Assembly (NCBI GenBank): GCA_964510795.1
Contig: CAZEDT010000034.1
Location: 10,905 to 40,690, forward strand
Source: an uncultured Syntrophomonas sp.
GTDB taxonomy: Bacteria > Bacillota > Syntrophomonadia > Syntrophomonadales > Syntrophomonadaceae
Direction of reading: 5' to 3'
DNA: 29,786 nucleotides
The translations under genes were made by a program, and so were the position numbers. Positions within the stretch are counted from its first letter, which is position 1. Each line of letters begins with the position of its first letter. Below the pieces are notes generated by a model. That model was given only the letters and a program-made list of their open reading frames with translations, made no database searches and was not told the origin of the DNA. Shown here piece after piece: positions 8,722-17,587 of the stretch.

Positions 8722-9420
8722 GTGGAAAATGAAAGACTTAACGCAGCACTTGAATATGTGAAGGTTGGCATTCCAGTCATCCCGCTTCATGGCATAAAGC
8801 CGGATGGCTCCTGTACTTGTAAGAACGGGCCTAACTGCACCAGCAAGGGCAAGCATCCAATCTACTCTGGTTGGCAGAATCGTGGTATTGCAGATGCAGA
8901 TGAGATTCAGAACTGGTGGAGAAATAATCCCCATGCCAATGTCGGCATCATCACCGGAGAATCTTCGGGCTGGCTGGTGCTGGACACAGACACCAAGAGC
9001 CAGGGCTTTGGAACACTTCAAACCTTGGAAATGCTCCATGACACACTCCCTGAGACGGTTACCGCCATCACTGGCAGCGGTGGTCAGCATAGAATTTTCA
9101 AATACCCTGACGGGCTAAAAGTCCCCAACATAGCAGGGTTTGAGAAGGGACTCGACACAAGGTCAAACGGCGGTCTGATTGTTGCCCCACCAAGCCGCCA
9201 TGAGAGCGGGGGCAGTTACAAGTGGGCTGACGGATTATCACCATTTAACCGGGAGCCTGCAGAAGCACCTGCATGGCTGGTCAAGCTGATGATGGCCGGG
9301 GTGAACGAACATAAGAAAATTTCCAATGCAACAAACAGAAGCAATGCGCGGAAATCAGTCCCAGAAGGCAGCCGCAACAGCCACCTTGGGATAGGTACTA
9401 GCGTTAAAAAATCCATCTAA
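8722..9420 (+). pseudogene. Truncated bifunctional DNA primase/polymerase (Prim-Pol domain), remnant
   Basis: RBS 'gggaggtga' then GTG at 8722; 'ALEYVKVGIPVIPLHG...GKHPIYSGWQNRG...NVGIITGESSGWLVLDTD...LDTRSNGGLIVAPPSRHESGGSYKW' is typical Prim-Pol; the frame ends shortly after 'KSVPEGSRNSHL', where the family normally continues into further domains. Confidence 0.78.
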
Positions 9421-9795
9421 TATTAAGTTGAGTTCTTGATCTGTATATATTCTTATTTCCCTTTCACTTTTTATACTGTATGGAATAATGGTTTTGTTTA
9501 GAGATAAATTGCTCCAACCCATTTTCTTTGCGTATTTAAAAAAAGTCTTAAGACTTGTCCAGTAATTGCGAACTGAGCCAGCTGTCAAGGTACCTTCCTT
9601 AAATCGCTTAAAAAGATGATCACGGTATTCTTCAATATATTTATAATTAATATATGTTCAAGACAGTGTTTTATAATTTTCTTCAGATCCCGTTATATAT
9701 TCGGCTGCCCATTTCAAGAATGCAAGAACAGTGGATTTTAAACCAAATATTGAACGGTATTTTATCTGATGAAACGATCGTAGCGTGAGGTGCAT
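9395..9795 (-). pseudogene. Truncated tyrosine recombinase/integrase N-terminal fragment with internal TGA
   Basis: Minus-strand reading '...TVLAFLKWAAEYITGSEENYKTLS*TYINYKYIEEYRDHLFKRFKEGTLTAGSVRNYWTSLKTFFKYAKKMGWSNLSLNKTIIPYSIKSEREIRIYTDQELNLIL' is a SAM-like core-binding domain; no catalytic domain follows. Confidence 0.62.
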
Positions 9796-9967
9796 ACGAC
9801 CAAATATCACCCCATGTTCTTAAGAAAAAATACGACCAGGCTCAGGCTGAAAACCAGGTGGTTGTACGCAGAAAACCAGAAAAAGACGCAGTAACCACCC
9901 TGGCTTAAAGTCTTGGTATTACTGCGTTGACAGTGGGTTGCGACCCTGCTATAATGTACACGTACAT

Positions 9968-10020
9968 TTGAGGGACGTATGCCGAGAGGCATAAGGGTTC
10001 AAGTCCCTTTCGCCGCACCA
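9968..10020 (+). other. 3' fragment of a tRNA-Leu-like gene (anticodon loop to CCA), probable att site remnant
   Basis: TTGAGGG-ACGTA-TGCCGAGAGGCA-T-AAGGG-TTCAAGT-CCCTT-TCGCCGC-ACCA gives an extended variable arm, a perfect 5-bp T stem with TTCAAGT loop, and ACCA end; no matching 5' acceptor strand (GCGGCGA) or D arm was seen upstream. Confidence 0.65.
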
Positions 10021-10029
10021 AATAAGTTA

Positions 10030-10240
10030 ATATTCTGGAATACTCGTCAAGCTTTTATTTTGAACCTACAGAGTTAATCAGGGAGTTCGTACTGGATGCA
10101 GATATTAAGCCCTAATATCAGGGGAAAATAGAACCATTCATGAGAACACCCACCTATCGAAGGATAGGTGTCAAAATAGGGCAACGGTATTTTGGGTATA
10201 TATAGTAAGTTAACCGTGGAATTGATCCACGGTTTTTTTT
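10030..10240 (+). ncRNA. Structured small RNA candidate, possibly 6S-like, ending at an intrinsic terminator
   Basis: Intergenic; perfect 8-bp hairpin CACCTATC-gaag-GATAGGTG (~10151-10170) and terminator CCGTGG-aattgat-CCACGG-T8. Family assignment is tentative. Confidence 0.35.
10214..10240 (+). terminator. Rho-independent terminator
   Basis: CCGTGG AATTGAT CCACGG followed by a T run. Confidence 0.75.
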
Positions 10241-10270
10241 GTACTATCAGAAAGAATAACTTTTTTAAAG

Positions 10271-10340
10271 TAGGCACCCTTCGGGTACACAGATGCTCCC
10301 GGTGGTCGCCACTAAGGTAGCGGCGCAAGCCGGGCTTTCG
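10271..10340 (+). repeat. Conserved ~65-nt element, copy 1
   Basis: GCACCCTTCGGGTACACAGATGCTCCCGGTGGTCGCCACTAAGGTAGCGGCGCAAGCCGGGCTTT; matches the minus strand of 12331-12400. Confidence 0.8.
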
Positions 10341-10342
10341 GT

Positions 10343-10807
10343 TTACTGACGGCTGTTTTTCTTGGTTTTTTTGTTCACTTCATGTTTTAACACCATAAGC
10401 TCCTGAACATTCCTCAAGATAGCCTCACTATCTACCGGAATCATTAGCCACTTGGTACCGTTGAAGGGGCGGGCCGATTTTACAATCTCCATTACAGCTG
10501 GTTCATAAATGGTGGACATAGCTTCAATTATATCCACCATCTCGAGTTTGATTACGATCAGGGCAATAAACAAATCCTTTTCGGGGTAAAGGGTACACAG
10601 AGATTTACCGGATTTCTGGTATTTAATATTCCATCCCTTTTGCATTGAACATTTACTATAGGTTATTTTAGGGGATATCTGGTATGTGCTCTGAACGAAG
10701 AAATTCATAGCCTGCCACCAGCTGCGAGCTGGTTCGTTAATATAATCGGATATTTCCTCGAATTCGGCGGTATGACTCGCATCCAGCAACAGGTCTTTCT
10801 CAATCAT
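10343..10807 (-). CDS. DUF3788-like protein
   Basis: Intact 154-aa ORF; 'PARSWWQAMNFFVQSTYQISPKITYSKCSMQKGWNIKYQKSGKSLCTLYPEKDLFIALIVI' resembles the DUF3788 family. Confidence 0.6.
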   Translation of the reverse strand: MIEKDLLLDASHTAEFEEISDYINEPARSWWQAMNFFVQSTYQISPKITYSKCSMQKGWNIKYQKSGKSLCTLYPEKDLFIALIVIKLEMVDIIEAMSTIYEPAVMEIVKSARPFNGTKWLMIPVDSEAILRNVQELMVLKHEVNKKTKKNSRQ

Positions 10808-10826
10808 GGCTCACATCCCCTTTAAC

Positions 10827-11288
10827 TCATTTCAGATAACATACAATATTGGTTTGCAGTTCATTCTCCGGTGTATCGGCGGGATCATTCAAATAAAACT
10901 CATAACACACACCGTTCCATGTATGCCCATTGGCAGGAATCCATTCCATCATCGCAGTATAAGCAGGTTCGATTTGACTATATGATCCGGTATAGATGCA
11001 GGCTACCGTTTTGCCAGCGGGAATTTCACTGACCTTTATATCACCCTTGCCACCATCTACTAACTGCGCTACCGGAAAGCCTGCTTCTATATCCAGATCC
11101 TGCATATCCATATTAAAATAGCCTACAAAAGGTACACCTGATGGTGGTACTCCAATCTCATTCAAATAAGCTATAATTGAATTGTAAGCGCTACCTAATA
11201 CCTGAGGCAGATCTCCAACTGCGCACCGGGTACGAATAGAAACGGTTGGCTGAGCTGCCTGCTCCATGACATTGAATTTAAAACTCAT
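10827..11288 (-). CDS. GyrI-like / AraC effector-binding domain protein
   Basis: Intact 153-aa ORF; 'IPAGKTVACIYTGSYSQIEPAYTAMMEWIPANGHTWNGVCYEFYLNDPADTPENELQTNIVCYL' is the characteristic effector-binding C-terminal pattern. Confidence 0.85.
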   Translation of the reverse strand: MSFKFNVMEQAAQPTVSIRTRCAVGDLPQVLGSAYNSIIAYLNEIGVPPSGVPFVGYFNMDMQDLDIEAGFPVAQLVDGGKGDIKVSEIPAGKTVACIYTGSYSQIEPAYTAMMEWIPANGHTWNGVCYEFYLNDPADTPENELQTNIVCYLK

Positions 11289-11349
11289 TTAAGTTGGCCT
11301 CCTTTTTTCTAGATTATACCATCCTGAATATGACAGCTGTGTGTCAGGT

Positions 11350-12285
11350 TTAGGATGAGTACTTTTTATAAATTTCTAAGGCTATGTTTCCCAGCCGCTC
11401 ACGAATATGAGGTGGATTTATCACCTCGACAGCACTTCCAAAACTCAAAAGCCAACCATACAGCCAATTGTTTTCCGGTAACAATATTTTAATCATGAGC
11501 CTGCCATCTTCCTGGCGGACTATATCCTCGCTAAAAAATTCTTCTGCCAGGCTCTCCATCTCCTGCTCAAAAAGCAGATCAAGTTCAACCACGTTGACCT
11601 GGTTAGGCCATTCATTTTCCCAGGATAATTGTTCAGCCGGTAGTTCTCGGGGGCTGAAAGTTCTGTCCGTAAACAGTAATTCCTTTATCCTGGACAACTT
11701 AAACAGGCGGAAATCCTCCCGCAACAGGCACCAGGCATACAGATACCAGTTTTGTCCTTTTAAAATCAATGAATAAGGTTCTGCGTGGCGCCTGGTTTTT
11801 TGACCACCAGCGTCAAAGTACGCAAATTCAATTGCCACGTTATTCGTAATAGCCTGGCGCAGCAGTATAATTTTGTCTTTAATTAATTGATTTCCTCCCC
11901 AGGGAGACAGATCAATTATCATTTGCCTGGTTTTCAGGTTAAGCATTTCAAGCTGGGTGGATGATAGGGGATTTTGCAGTTTTTCCATTAATATATCATA
12001 GCGACTATCGGGCATACTCCCGGCTACCCCTTTTAGGGTAGAGATAATAGCCGCCATATCATCAGCGCTGAGAAGGGTTTTATCCAAACGGTAGCCTTCG
12101 GCAATACTAATACCGCCGTTGGCACCCTGAAATGTCACAATGGGAATTCCAGCCAGGTTGATGGCCTCCACATCCCTCAGGATAGTCCGCACAGAAACCC
12201 CGAACATATCTGCCAGATCTTTGGCCTGAACCCGTTCTCTTCTTAACAGAACAACTAAAATAGAAATCAATCTATCGATCTTCAT
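11350..12285 (-). CDS. YafY-type transcriptional regulator (HTH_11 plus WYL domain)
   Basis: N-terminal HTH 'RLISILVVLLRRERVQAKDLADMFGVSVRTILRDVEAINLAGIPIV', WYL-type region 'AIEFAYFDAGGQKTRRHAEPYSLILKGQNWYLYAWCLLREDFRLFKLSRI'. Confidence 0.92.
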   Translation of the reverse strand: MKIDRLISILVVLLRRERVQAKDLADMFGVSVRTILRDVEAINLAGIPIVTFQGANGGISIAEGYRLDKTLLSADDMAAIISTLKGVAGSMPDSRYDILMEKLQNPLSSTQLEMLNLKTRQMIIDLSPWGGNQLIKDKIILLRQAITNNVAIEFAYFDAGGQKTRRHAEPYSLILKGQNWYLYAWCLLREDFRLFKLSRIKELLFTDRTFSPRELPAEQLSWENEWPNQVNVVELDLLFEQEMESLAEEFFSEDIVRQEDGRLMIKILLPENNWLYGWLLSFGSAVEVINPPHIRERLGNIALEIYKKYSS

Positions 12286-12330
12286 GCAACAAGCACCACC
12301 TTGAGAGTTAAGATAAATTGGACTTTTAAG

Positions 12331-12400
12331 AAAACTCGGCGTACGCCGCTACCTTAATTGCGACCACAGGGAGCATATGTAATGCCCGAAGGGTGCAACA
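12331..12400 (-). repeat. Conserved ~65-nt element, copy 2 (inverted relative to copy 1)
   Basis: Reverse complement reads GCACCCTTCGGGCATTACATATGCTCCCTGTGGTCGCAATTAAGGTAGCGGCGTACGCCGAGTTTT; upstream of the YafY-like gene. Confidence 0.8.
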
Positions 12401-12752
12401 TTCAGGAATGTTATGCTTTCTGATACGGCGAGAAAACCTTAAGGCTATTCTACAGTTTTATAAGCGTAATTACTAAATTTTGACTTGGTTTATTGAGTGT
12501 TCCTTTAATACTAATGTCTTTTCTAGGATTAGATGCTTGGAATCTATCTCATTTTGGTTTATCCTCAGAAGAAAATAATCCTGTCGCTGCAATTGAGGTT
12601 GCCATGACTATGGAGATCATAAGAACAGTTACTCAGCGAAGTATAGATGTCAAAATCGGGCGACCGTATTCTGTTTTTTTGGATGTTTATTTTATATAGG
12701 AAAACACTAAAGTTAGGAGGGGGGACTATAAATAATACATTTCACGTAGAGG

Positions 12753-13916
12753 TTAAACAGTCTTAAGCCGGGCTCGTGATGCTTGTGCTTCTTGTTTATC
12801 CCAATACATAAGTTTATCAATATGCCGTAAAAAATCGTCCTCGTTCATGGCTGAGCTGTAATCGTAAACATCGTAGCCCATACTTAAGTTGAGACGGTAG
12901 GGCTTATCTGCTCGGAGGTTAAAGCTCCTCAAATTTGCACGGATTCTCTCCACTGACTTTTCCAAATCGTTTCTATCTGATATATCTAAAATAATTATAA
13001 ACTCGTCTCCGCCGTAGCGAGCCAGAAAATCGCCTTTGCGCAAACTGCCTGTCAGTAATTTAGCGGTTGTTTGCAAGGCATCATCGCCGATTATATGTCC
13101 AAACTGATCATTAATCTTCTTGAAATCATCAATATCAATTAGAATTCCTGAAAAGCTCCGATTTGCGCTGCTGTTACGAATTTTGGCCTGTAGATGGCGA
13201 TCTAACTGCAGCCGGTTATTAATCCCGGTAAGATAATCAGTATTTAATTTGCCATTCTGAATATATAAATAAATTATTAATAGAGATATGGTTATGCTGC
13301 CCCATACTAAAGCTAATCCATCATAACTTGGCTGTGAAATACCTAAAATAACTCCGATAAAGGGGAACCAGGAAAACATAAGTAAGGGGAGAAAATGTTT
13401 TTTTTCTATCCGGTTACGTCTGAGCAGGACGAAGAAAAAAGCATAGATGAGATATAAACAGGCTGCTGTTACCAATAAAGGGTACCAGGGGCCACGATGA
13501 TAAAAATTATTGGCGTCCAAAAAGAACATTAACCTTGTATAAGGAGTGGTTAATACAATTAATGTATTAATAAATACTGGAACAAGTAAAGGCAAAAATA
13601 ATTTCCTGATACGGTTTTTATCGTTGAATACTTGATAGTCGGCATAAAGTGACCACAAAAAAGGCGGCAGCAAACTCGCAATATGATACAAGATGTTAAC
13701 CGCCATGAACAACCCGGCATATATTGCCCCTGCTTGTCCGTTCAGGGGCCAACCCAGCATATCTAAAACCAGCAAAACCATATTTGAAATTAATAAGGCT
13801 ATAAATAATCTGTCTGCTAATGAGTGCTTTTCGCCGCGCTGAAACATATTAACCAGCAAGACCAAACAAACAATCAACGAAAAGATATCAAATTCTGTGT
13901 GAATTATGTACGACAT
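12753..13916 (-). CDS. Membrane-anchored diguanylate cyclase (N-terminal multi-TM sensor plus GGDEF)
   Basis: Several hydrophobic helices then 'GILIDIDDFKKINDQFGHIIGDDALQTTAKLLTGSLRKGDFLARYGGDEFIIIL'; intact GGDEF and upstream RxxD I-site. Confidence 0.93.
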   Translation of the reverse strand: MSYIIHTEFDIFSLIVCLVLLVNMFQRGEKHSLADRLFIALLISNMVLLVLDMLGWPLNGQAGAIYAGLFMAVNILYHIASLLPPFLWSLYADYQVFNDKNRIRKLFLPLLVPVFINTLIVLTTPYTRLMFFLDANNFYHRGPWYPLLVTAACLYLIYAFFFVLLRRNRIEKKHFLPLLMFSWFPFIGVILGISQPSYDGLALVWGSITISLLIIYLYIQNGKLNTDYLTGINNRLQLDRHLQAKIRNSSANRSFSGILIDIDDFKKINDQFGHIIGDDALQTTAKLLTGSLRKGDFLARYGGDEFIIILDISDRNDLEKSVERIRANLRSFNLRADKPYRLNLSMGYDVYDYSSAMNEDDFLRHIDKLMYWDKQEAQASRARLKTV

Positions 13917-14103
13917 AATATCACCTCAATTAAATGAATAATATATTACCATTATAAACCATTCGCACATAATTAGCTTAATAAATAAAAAAATTCGGGC
14001 ACAAACTACTAAATAGTCCCAAATTGTGTATTGGATATCGTTGTTTAGGTACTTCTGATGAAGGACCTGCTAGATTAAGAGAAACAAATCGTCTAATGTA
14101 TGT

Positions 14104-14131
14104 AAAAAGAACTGGTTATGCACCAGCTCTT
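14104..14131 (-). terminator. Rho-independent terminator for the DegV-family gene
   Basis: On the minus strand GAGCTGGT-gcata-ACCAGTTC followed by TTTTT. Confidence 0.65.
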
Positions 14132-14181
14132 TATTACAGCTTGCTGAGGCTGCTTTATTGGTTCAGTTGGGATTGATTAGT

Positions 14182-15135
14182 CTATAACTTGTGGTGGATT
14201 CTATCCAGAAGTTCATTTTTCTTTTCTCTAAGTTCATTTAGCTCATTTATAATGAAATTATCAGGCTGATGGCTCTTTTCAACAAAGAACATGGAAAGGC
14301 CGCCTAATCCCACATGGGTACCCACAGCGACCCCCATTTGCATGATAAATATATCTCCGCCAAAATTGCTCTCCCGGAGAAGCTTGTGTTTCAAATTCTC
14401 AGCATAGGTAAGGTCCGAAGTATAGCCGATTATTATAAAGTCAGTAATATCTGGGTCATTGCGCTTAATGAATTCGCGGACATAATGCCCAAGTACTTTT
14501 TTTCTGCCCTTCTCCTTAGCTACTATGGCACCTTTGGCATTTTTCATGGTCATTATGGGTTTCAAGTTTAATATTCTGCCGATAAAGGTGCTTGCATTCG
14601 AAAGTCGGCCACTGCGCCGCAGATGTTCAAGATCATCAACCGATAGGAAATGTTTTACCCGGGTTTTATATTGTTCATTAAAAGCTACCAGTTCTTCAAA
14701 ACTGGCTCCTTGCTCTCTTAAGCGGGCACTTTTAAGAATTAACCAACCACTGCCATGGCTCATGCTTTTGGAGTCAACTACATGAATTTGTAAACTTGAA
14801 TTAGGGTGTTCCTCGAAGAAATAATCCTTGGCTATTACCGCCGATTGATAGGCACCACTGGTGCCGCTTGACATGCAGATACACAGTATTTCATTATAAC
14901 CATCCAGAACAGCATTATTAATGATATCTAAATACTCATTGGGACTCGGCATGGAGGTCGTTGCCGGTTCGGATAAATCCTCAATGATTTTATAAAAATC
15001 ATCAGCTTGCATATCTATTTTATCTTTATAAGAATTGCCTTCTATATTTATAGTAAAGGGGGCTACACCGATCTCATACTTTTCCACCACATCAGGGGAT
15101 AAATCGCAGGTTGAATCAGCTATAAGCTTTATCAT
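14182..15135 (-). CDS. DegV family protein (fatty-acid binding)
   Basis: 'MIKLIADSTCDLSPDVVEKYEIGVAPFTINIEG', 'SMPSPNEY', 'CICMSSGTSGAYQSA', 'VDSKSMSHGSGWLI' are DegV signatures. Confidence 0.93.
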   Translation of the reverse strand: MIKLIADSTCDLSPDVVEKYEIGVAPFTINIEGNSYKDKIDMQADDFYKIIEDLSEPATTSMPSPNEYLDIINNAVLDGYNEILCICMSSGTSGAYQSAVIAKDYFFEEHPNSSLQIHVVDSKSMSHGSGWLILKSARLREQGASFEELVAFNEQYKTRVKHFLSVDDLEHLRRSGRLSNASTFIGRILNLKPIMTMKNAKGAIVAKEKGRKKVLGHYVREFIKRNDPDITDFIIIGYTSDLTYAENLKHKLLRESNFGGDIFIMQMGVAVGTHVGLGGLSMFFVEKSHQPDNFIINELNELREKKNELLDRIHHKL

Positions 15136-15493
15136 AACTAGCCTCCATATTAATTGATGAGTATTGAATGAATAGCTCTAAAAATAAATGTGCTACAATT
15201 TAGTATATGCTATTTTATGTATTTTCGACATCATTTATTAAGTGTATTACTCATATAAGAAATACCTTAGCAGGCTGTTTATTCTATATCAGCTAAGCTT
15301 ATATACTGCAATTAATAAAAAAAGCTTATTATCTTTATATGGGTCTACCAGAACTATTCCAATAAAGAAATAGTTCGCATAAAATACTGGAGTAAAATGT
15401 TGATTTTATTGTAAAGTTATTCAATTAACAGTCAGGTTGTAAGACATGGTATTATTGAAAGACTAGAAGTTATATTGTTTGGGGGAAAGTACT

Positions 15494-17287
15494 ATGAAAC
15501 GCTTAACCGATGCTGTTAAACGTATTTTATTGGGCCTATTTGCGGCCGTGGAGCGTTTTCCGCTAACTGTTGTATGCCTTAGCTGTGCCGCGGTATTGAT
15601 CTGTTACATGATTTCCTTGCACAAAGGGCCTGAACTATTTATCCAAAAACTAATGTTTACCTTTTTATTTGGTTCATTCCTTGGAATTGCTGCCCAGTTT
15701 ACTCATGAAAGGTTTGAACGCCTTTCCAAGCTGCGCTTGGCCGTCTATGGAATAGCTGCCGTTGTTACGGTAGGCTATTATTTGATTCTATGGCCTGCTC
15801 CCAATATCAGCTTTGAGGTGGTAATACGAACTATTGTAGCCGTTTTTGCTATGTTCTGTTTATCTTTATGGGTACCATCATACCAGGGCAGGTTTGATTT
15901 TAACTCCATTACCCTGATACATTTCAAAGCACTGTTGACCTCGGTACTCTATTCCGGGGTGCTTTCTGCTGGCTGTGCCGCTATTATCGCGTCCGTAGAT
16001 ACCCTTCTGTTCAACGTCAACAATGATGCTTACCCATATACGATGACTATCATCTGGGTGTTGTTTGCTACGATTTATTATTTATCACTGTTACCCCGCT
16101 TCAATTCTGAAGATGTTACCGAACGTGAATATGCTGAGCATATGGGGGATTATCCCCGTTTCCTGGAAATACTGATTTCCTATATTGCTATTCCACTTTT
16201 AACTGTCTATACTCTGGTCCTGGCGGCTTATTTTGTGAAAATACTGGTGACCTGGAACTGGCCTTCTGGGCAGCTAGGAGTCATGGTATTGGCTTATGCT
16301 GCGGCCGGACTGACCGTATATGTTCTGGCCAGCCGGCTTGAAAACCGCTTCGCTGGTCTGTATCGGATGATTTTTCCCAAGGTACTCATTCCGGTTGTTA
16401 TTATGCAACTTACCTCGGTGGCCATTCGTTTAAATGCCTATGGGGTTACCGAGTCTCGTTATTATGTCACTCTCTTCGGGATATTCTCTATTGTCTGCGG
16501 CCTATTCCTAAGCTTCAAGCCAGTATCCAAAAACGGTATAATTGCACTGCTGGCGGCTGGATTTGCAGTCTTTTCAGTTATACCGCCAGTCGATGCCTTC
16601 ACGGTATCTAGGGTCAGTCAGGTAACCCGGCTGGAAAAAATGCTAGTTGCCGAAGGCGTGCTGGTTGACGGAAAACTGAGTCCCAAAGCAGATGTATCTA
16701 TGAAGTTAAAGGCCGAGTCCACCAGCATACTTTCTTACCTGGATAATCGCAATTATATTAAATCTGTAAAATGGCTGCCACAAAATTTTAATAGCTATGA
16801 GGATATGAAAAGTACTCTGGGTTTTGAACCATCCTATGTCGATAATGATATTAAAAATTTCTATGCCAGCCTCGATATGCAGAAACCTTTTAATATAAGC
16901 GGTTATGATATTTGTGTGAGCAGATTTTGGAACAGCATGAATAAGGGCAATCAGCCTGTTACTGACTTTGAGGTGCGGGGAGTAAAATACCAGCTGGTAT
17001 TTACAGACATAGAGTCAGGTGACGTACGCGTAGCCATAAAAAATGTAGACGGAGTTGAACTGGTGGGTACAGGGATAAATGACTTTGTTAAGTTGCTTAC
17101 CGGAACCAGCAATACGCCTAAAGAGGCTCTTTCCCCCGAAACCATGACTTTGGATGTGGTGAAGGATGGCTATAAACTGCGTATAATCTTCCAAAATGTA
17201 AATGTCACCTATGGCACTGAATCAGAAACAGGCGTTAACTATGACTATTCTGTCTGGGTGTTGTTTGGGTCCCCAAACACACCATAA
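15494..17287 (+). CDS. DUF4153-family multi-pass membrane protein
   Basis: Large membrane ORF with multiple TM helices; ATG 15494 preceded by 'gggggaaag'; track start 15479 is an upstream TTG. Confidence 0.75.
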   Translation: MKRLTDAVKRILLGLFAAVERFPLTVVCLSCAAVLICYMISLHKGPELFIQKLMFTFLFGSFLGIAAQFTHERFERLSKLRLAVYGIAAVVTVGYYLILWPAPNISFEVVIRTIVAVFAMFCLSLWVPSYQGRFDFNSITLIHFKALLTSVLYSGVLSAGCAAIIASVDTLLFNVNNDAYPYTMTIIWVLFATIYYLSLLPRFNSEDVTEREYAEHMGDYPRFLEILISYIAIPLLTVYTLVLAAYFVKILVTWNWPSGQLGVMVLAYAAAGLTVYVLASRLENRFAGLYRMIFPKVLIPVVIMQLTSVAIRLNAYGVTESRYYVTLFGIFSIVCGLFLSFKPVSKNGIIALLAAGFAVFSVIPPVDAFTVSRVSQVTRLEKMLVAEGVLVDGKLSPKADVSMKLKAESTSILSYLDNRNYIKSVKWLPQNFNSYEDMKSTLGFEPSYVDNDIKNFYASLDMQKPFNISGYDICVSRFWNSMNKGNQPVTDFEVRGVKYQLVFTDIESGDVRVAIKNVDGVELVGTGINDFVKLLTGTSNTPKEALSPETMTLDVVKDGYKLRIIFQNVNVTYGTESETGVNYDYSVWVLFGSPNTP

Positions 17288-17393
17288 AATACCTTAGGTA
17301 TTGACACACGGAACACATGCAGGAGCCTAATTGGTGAACGAAATCAATAAGGAAGTAACCGCTTTTTATGTCGCGGTTATTAAAAAAACAAAT

Positions 17394-17430
17394 TATAGAC
17401 CGCCTTGCTTAAAGGCGGTCGCACTATTTT
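17394..17430 (+). terminator. Rho-independent terminator after the DUF4153 gene
   Basis: GACCGCC-ttgcttaaa-GGCGGTC then gcactatttttc. Confidence 0.6.
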
Positions 17431-17587
17431 TCGCACCTAAAATACAGGAAAATAACTCCCGCGATTACCCGGCCAAAACAAGATCAATTCACACAGCTTC
17501 TGTGGCCTGTTTACTTATCTTTGATATTTTTAAGCAAGGGCGAGAAACTATAGAGGCAAGAATTTATGATTATTGGAGGAAACAATA

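Noticed and set aside
9807-9992. 61-aa minus-strand ORF across the att region
   Set aside because: Overlaps the tRNA fragment and inverted repeats; no domain; likely chance.
9920-10020. Complete functional tRNA gene
   Set aside because: The T arm and acceptor 3' strand are good, but no GCGGCGA acceptor 5' strand, D arm or paired anticodon stem could be found upstream.
10074-10328. 84-aa minus-strand ORF
   Set aside because: Spans the structured RNA candidate, the terminator and the conserved element; no recognisable similarity.
12493-12699. 68-aa plus-strand ORF between the YafY-like and GGDEF genes
   Set aside because: No clear RBS and no recognisable protein pattern; treated as intergenic.
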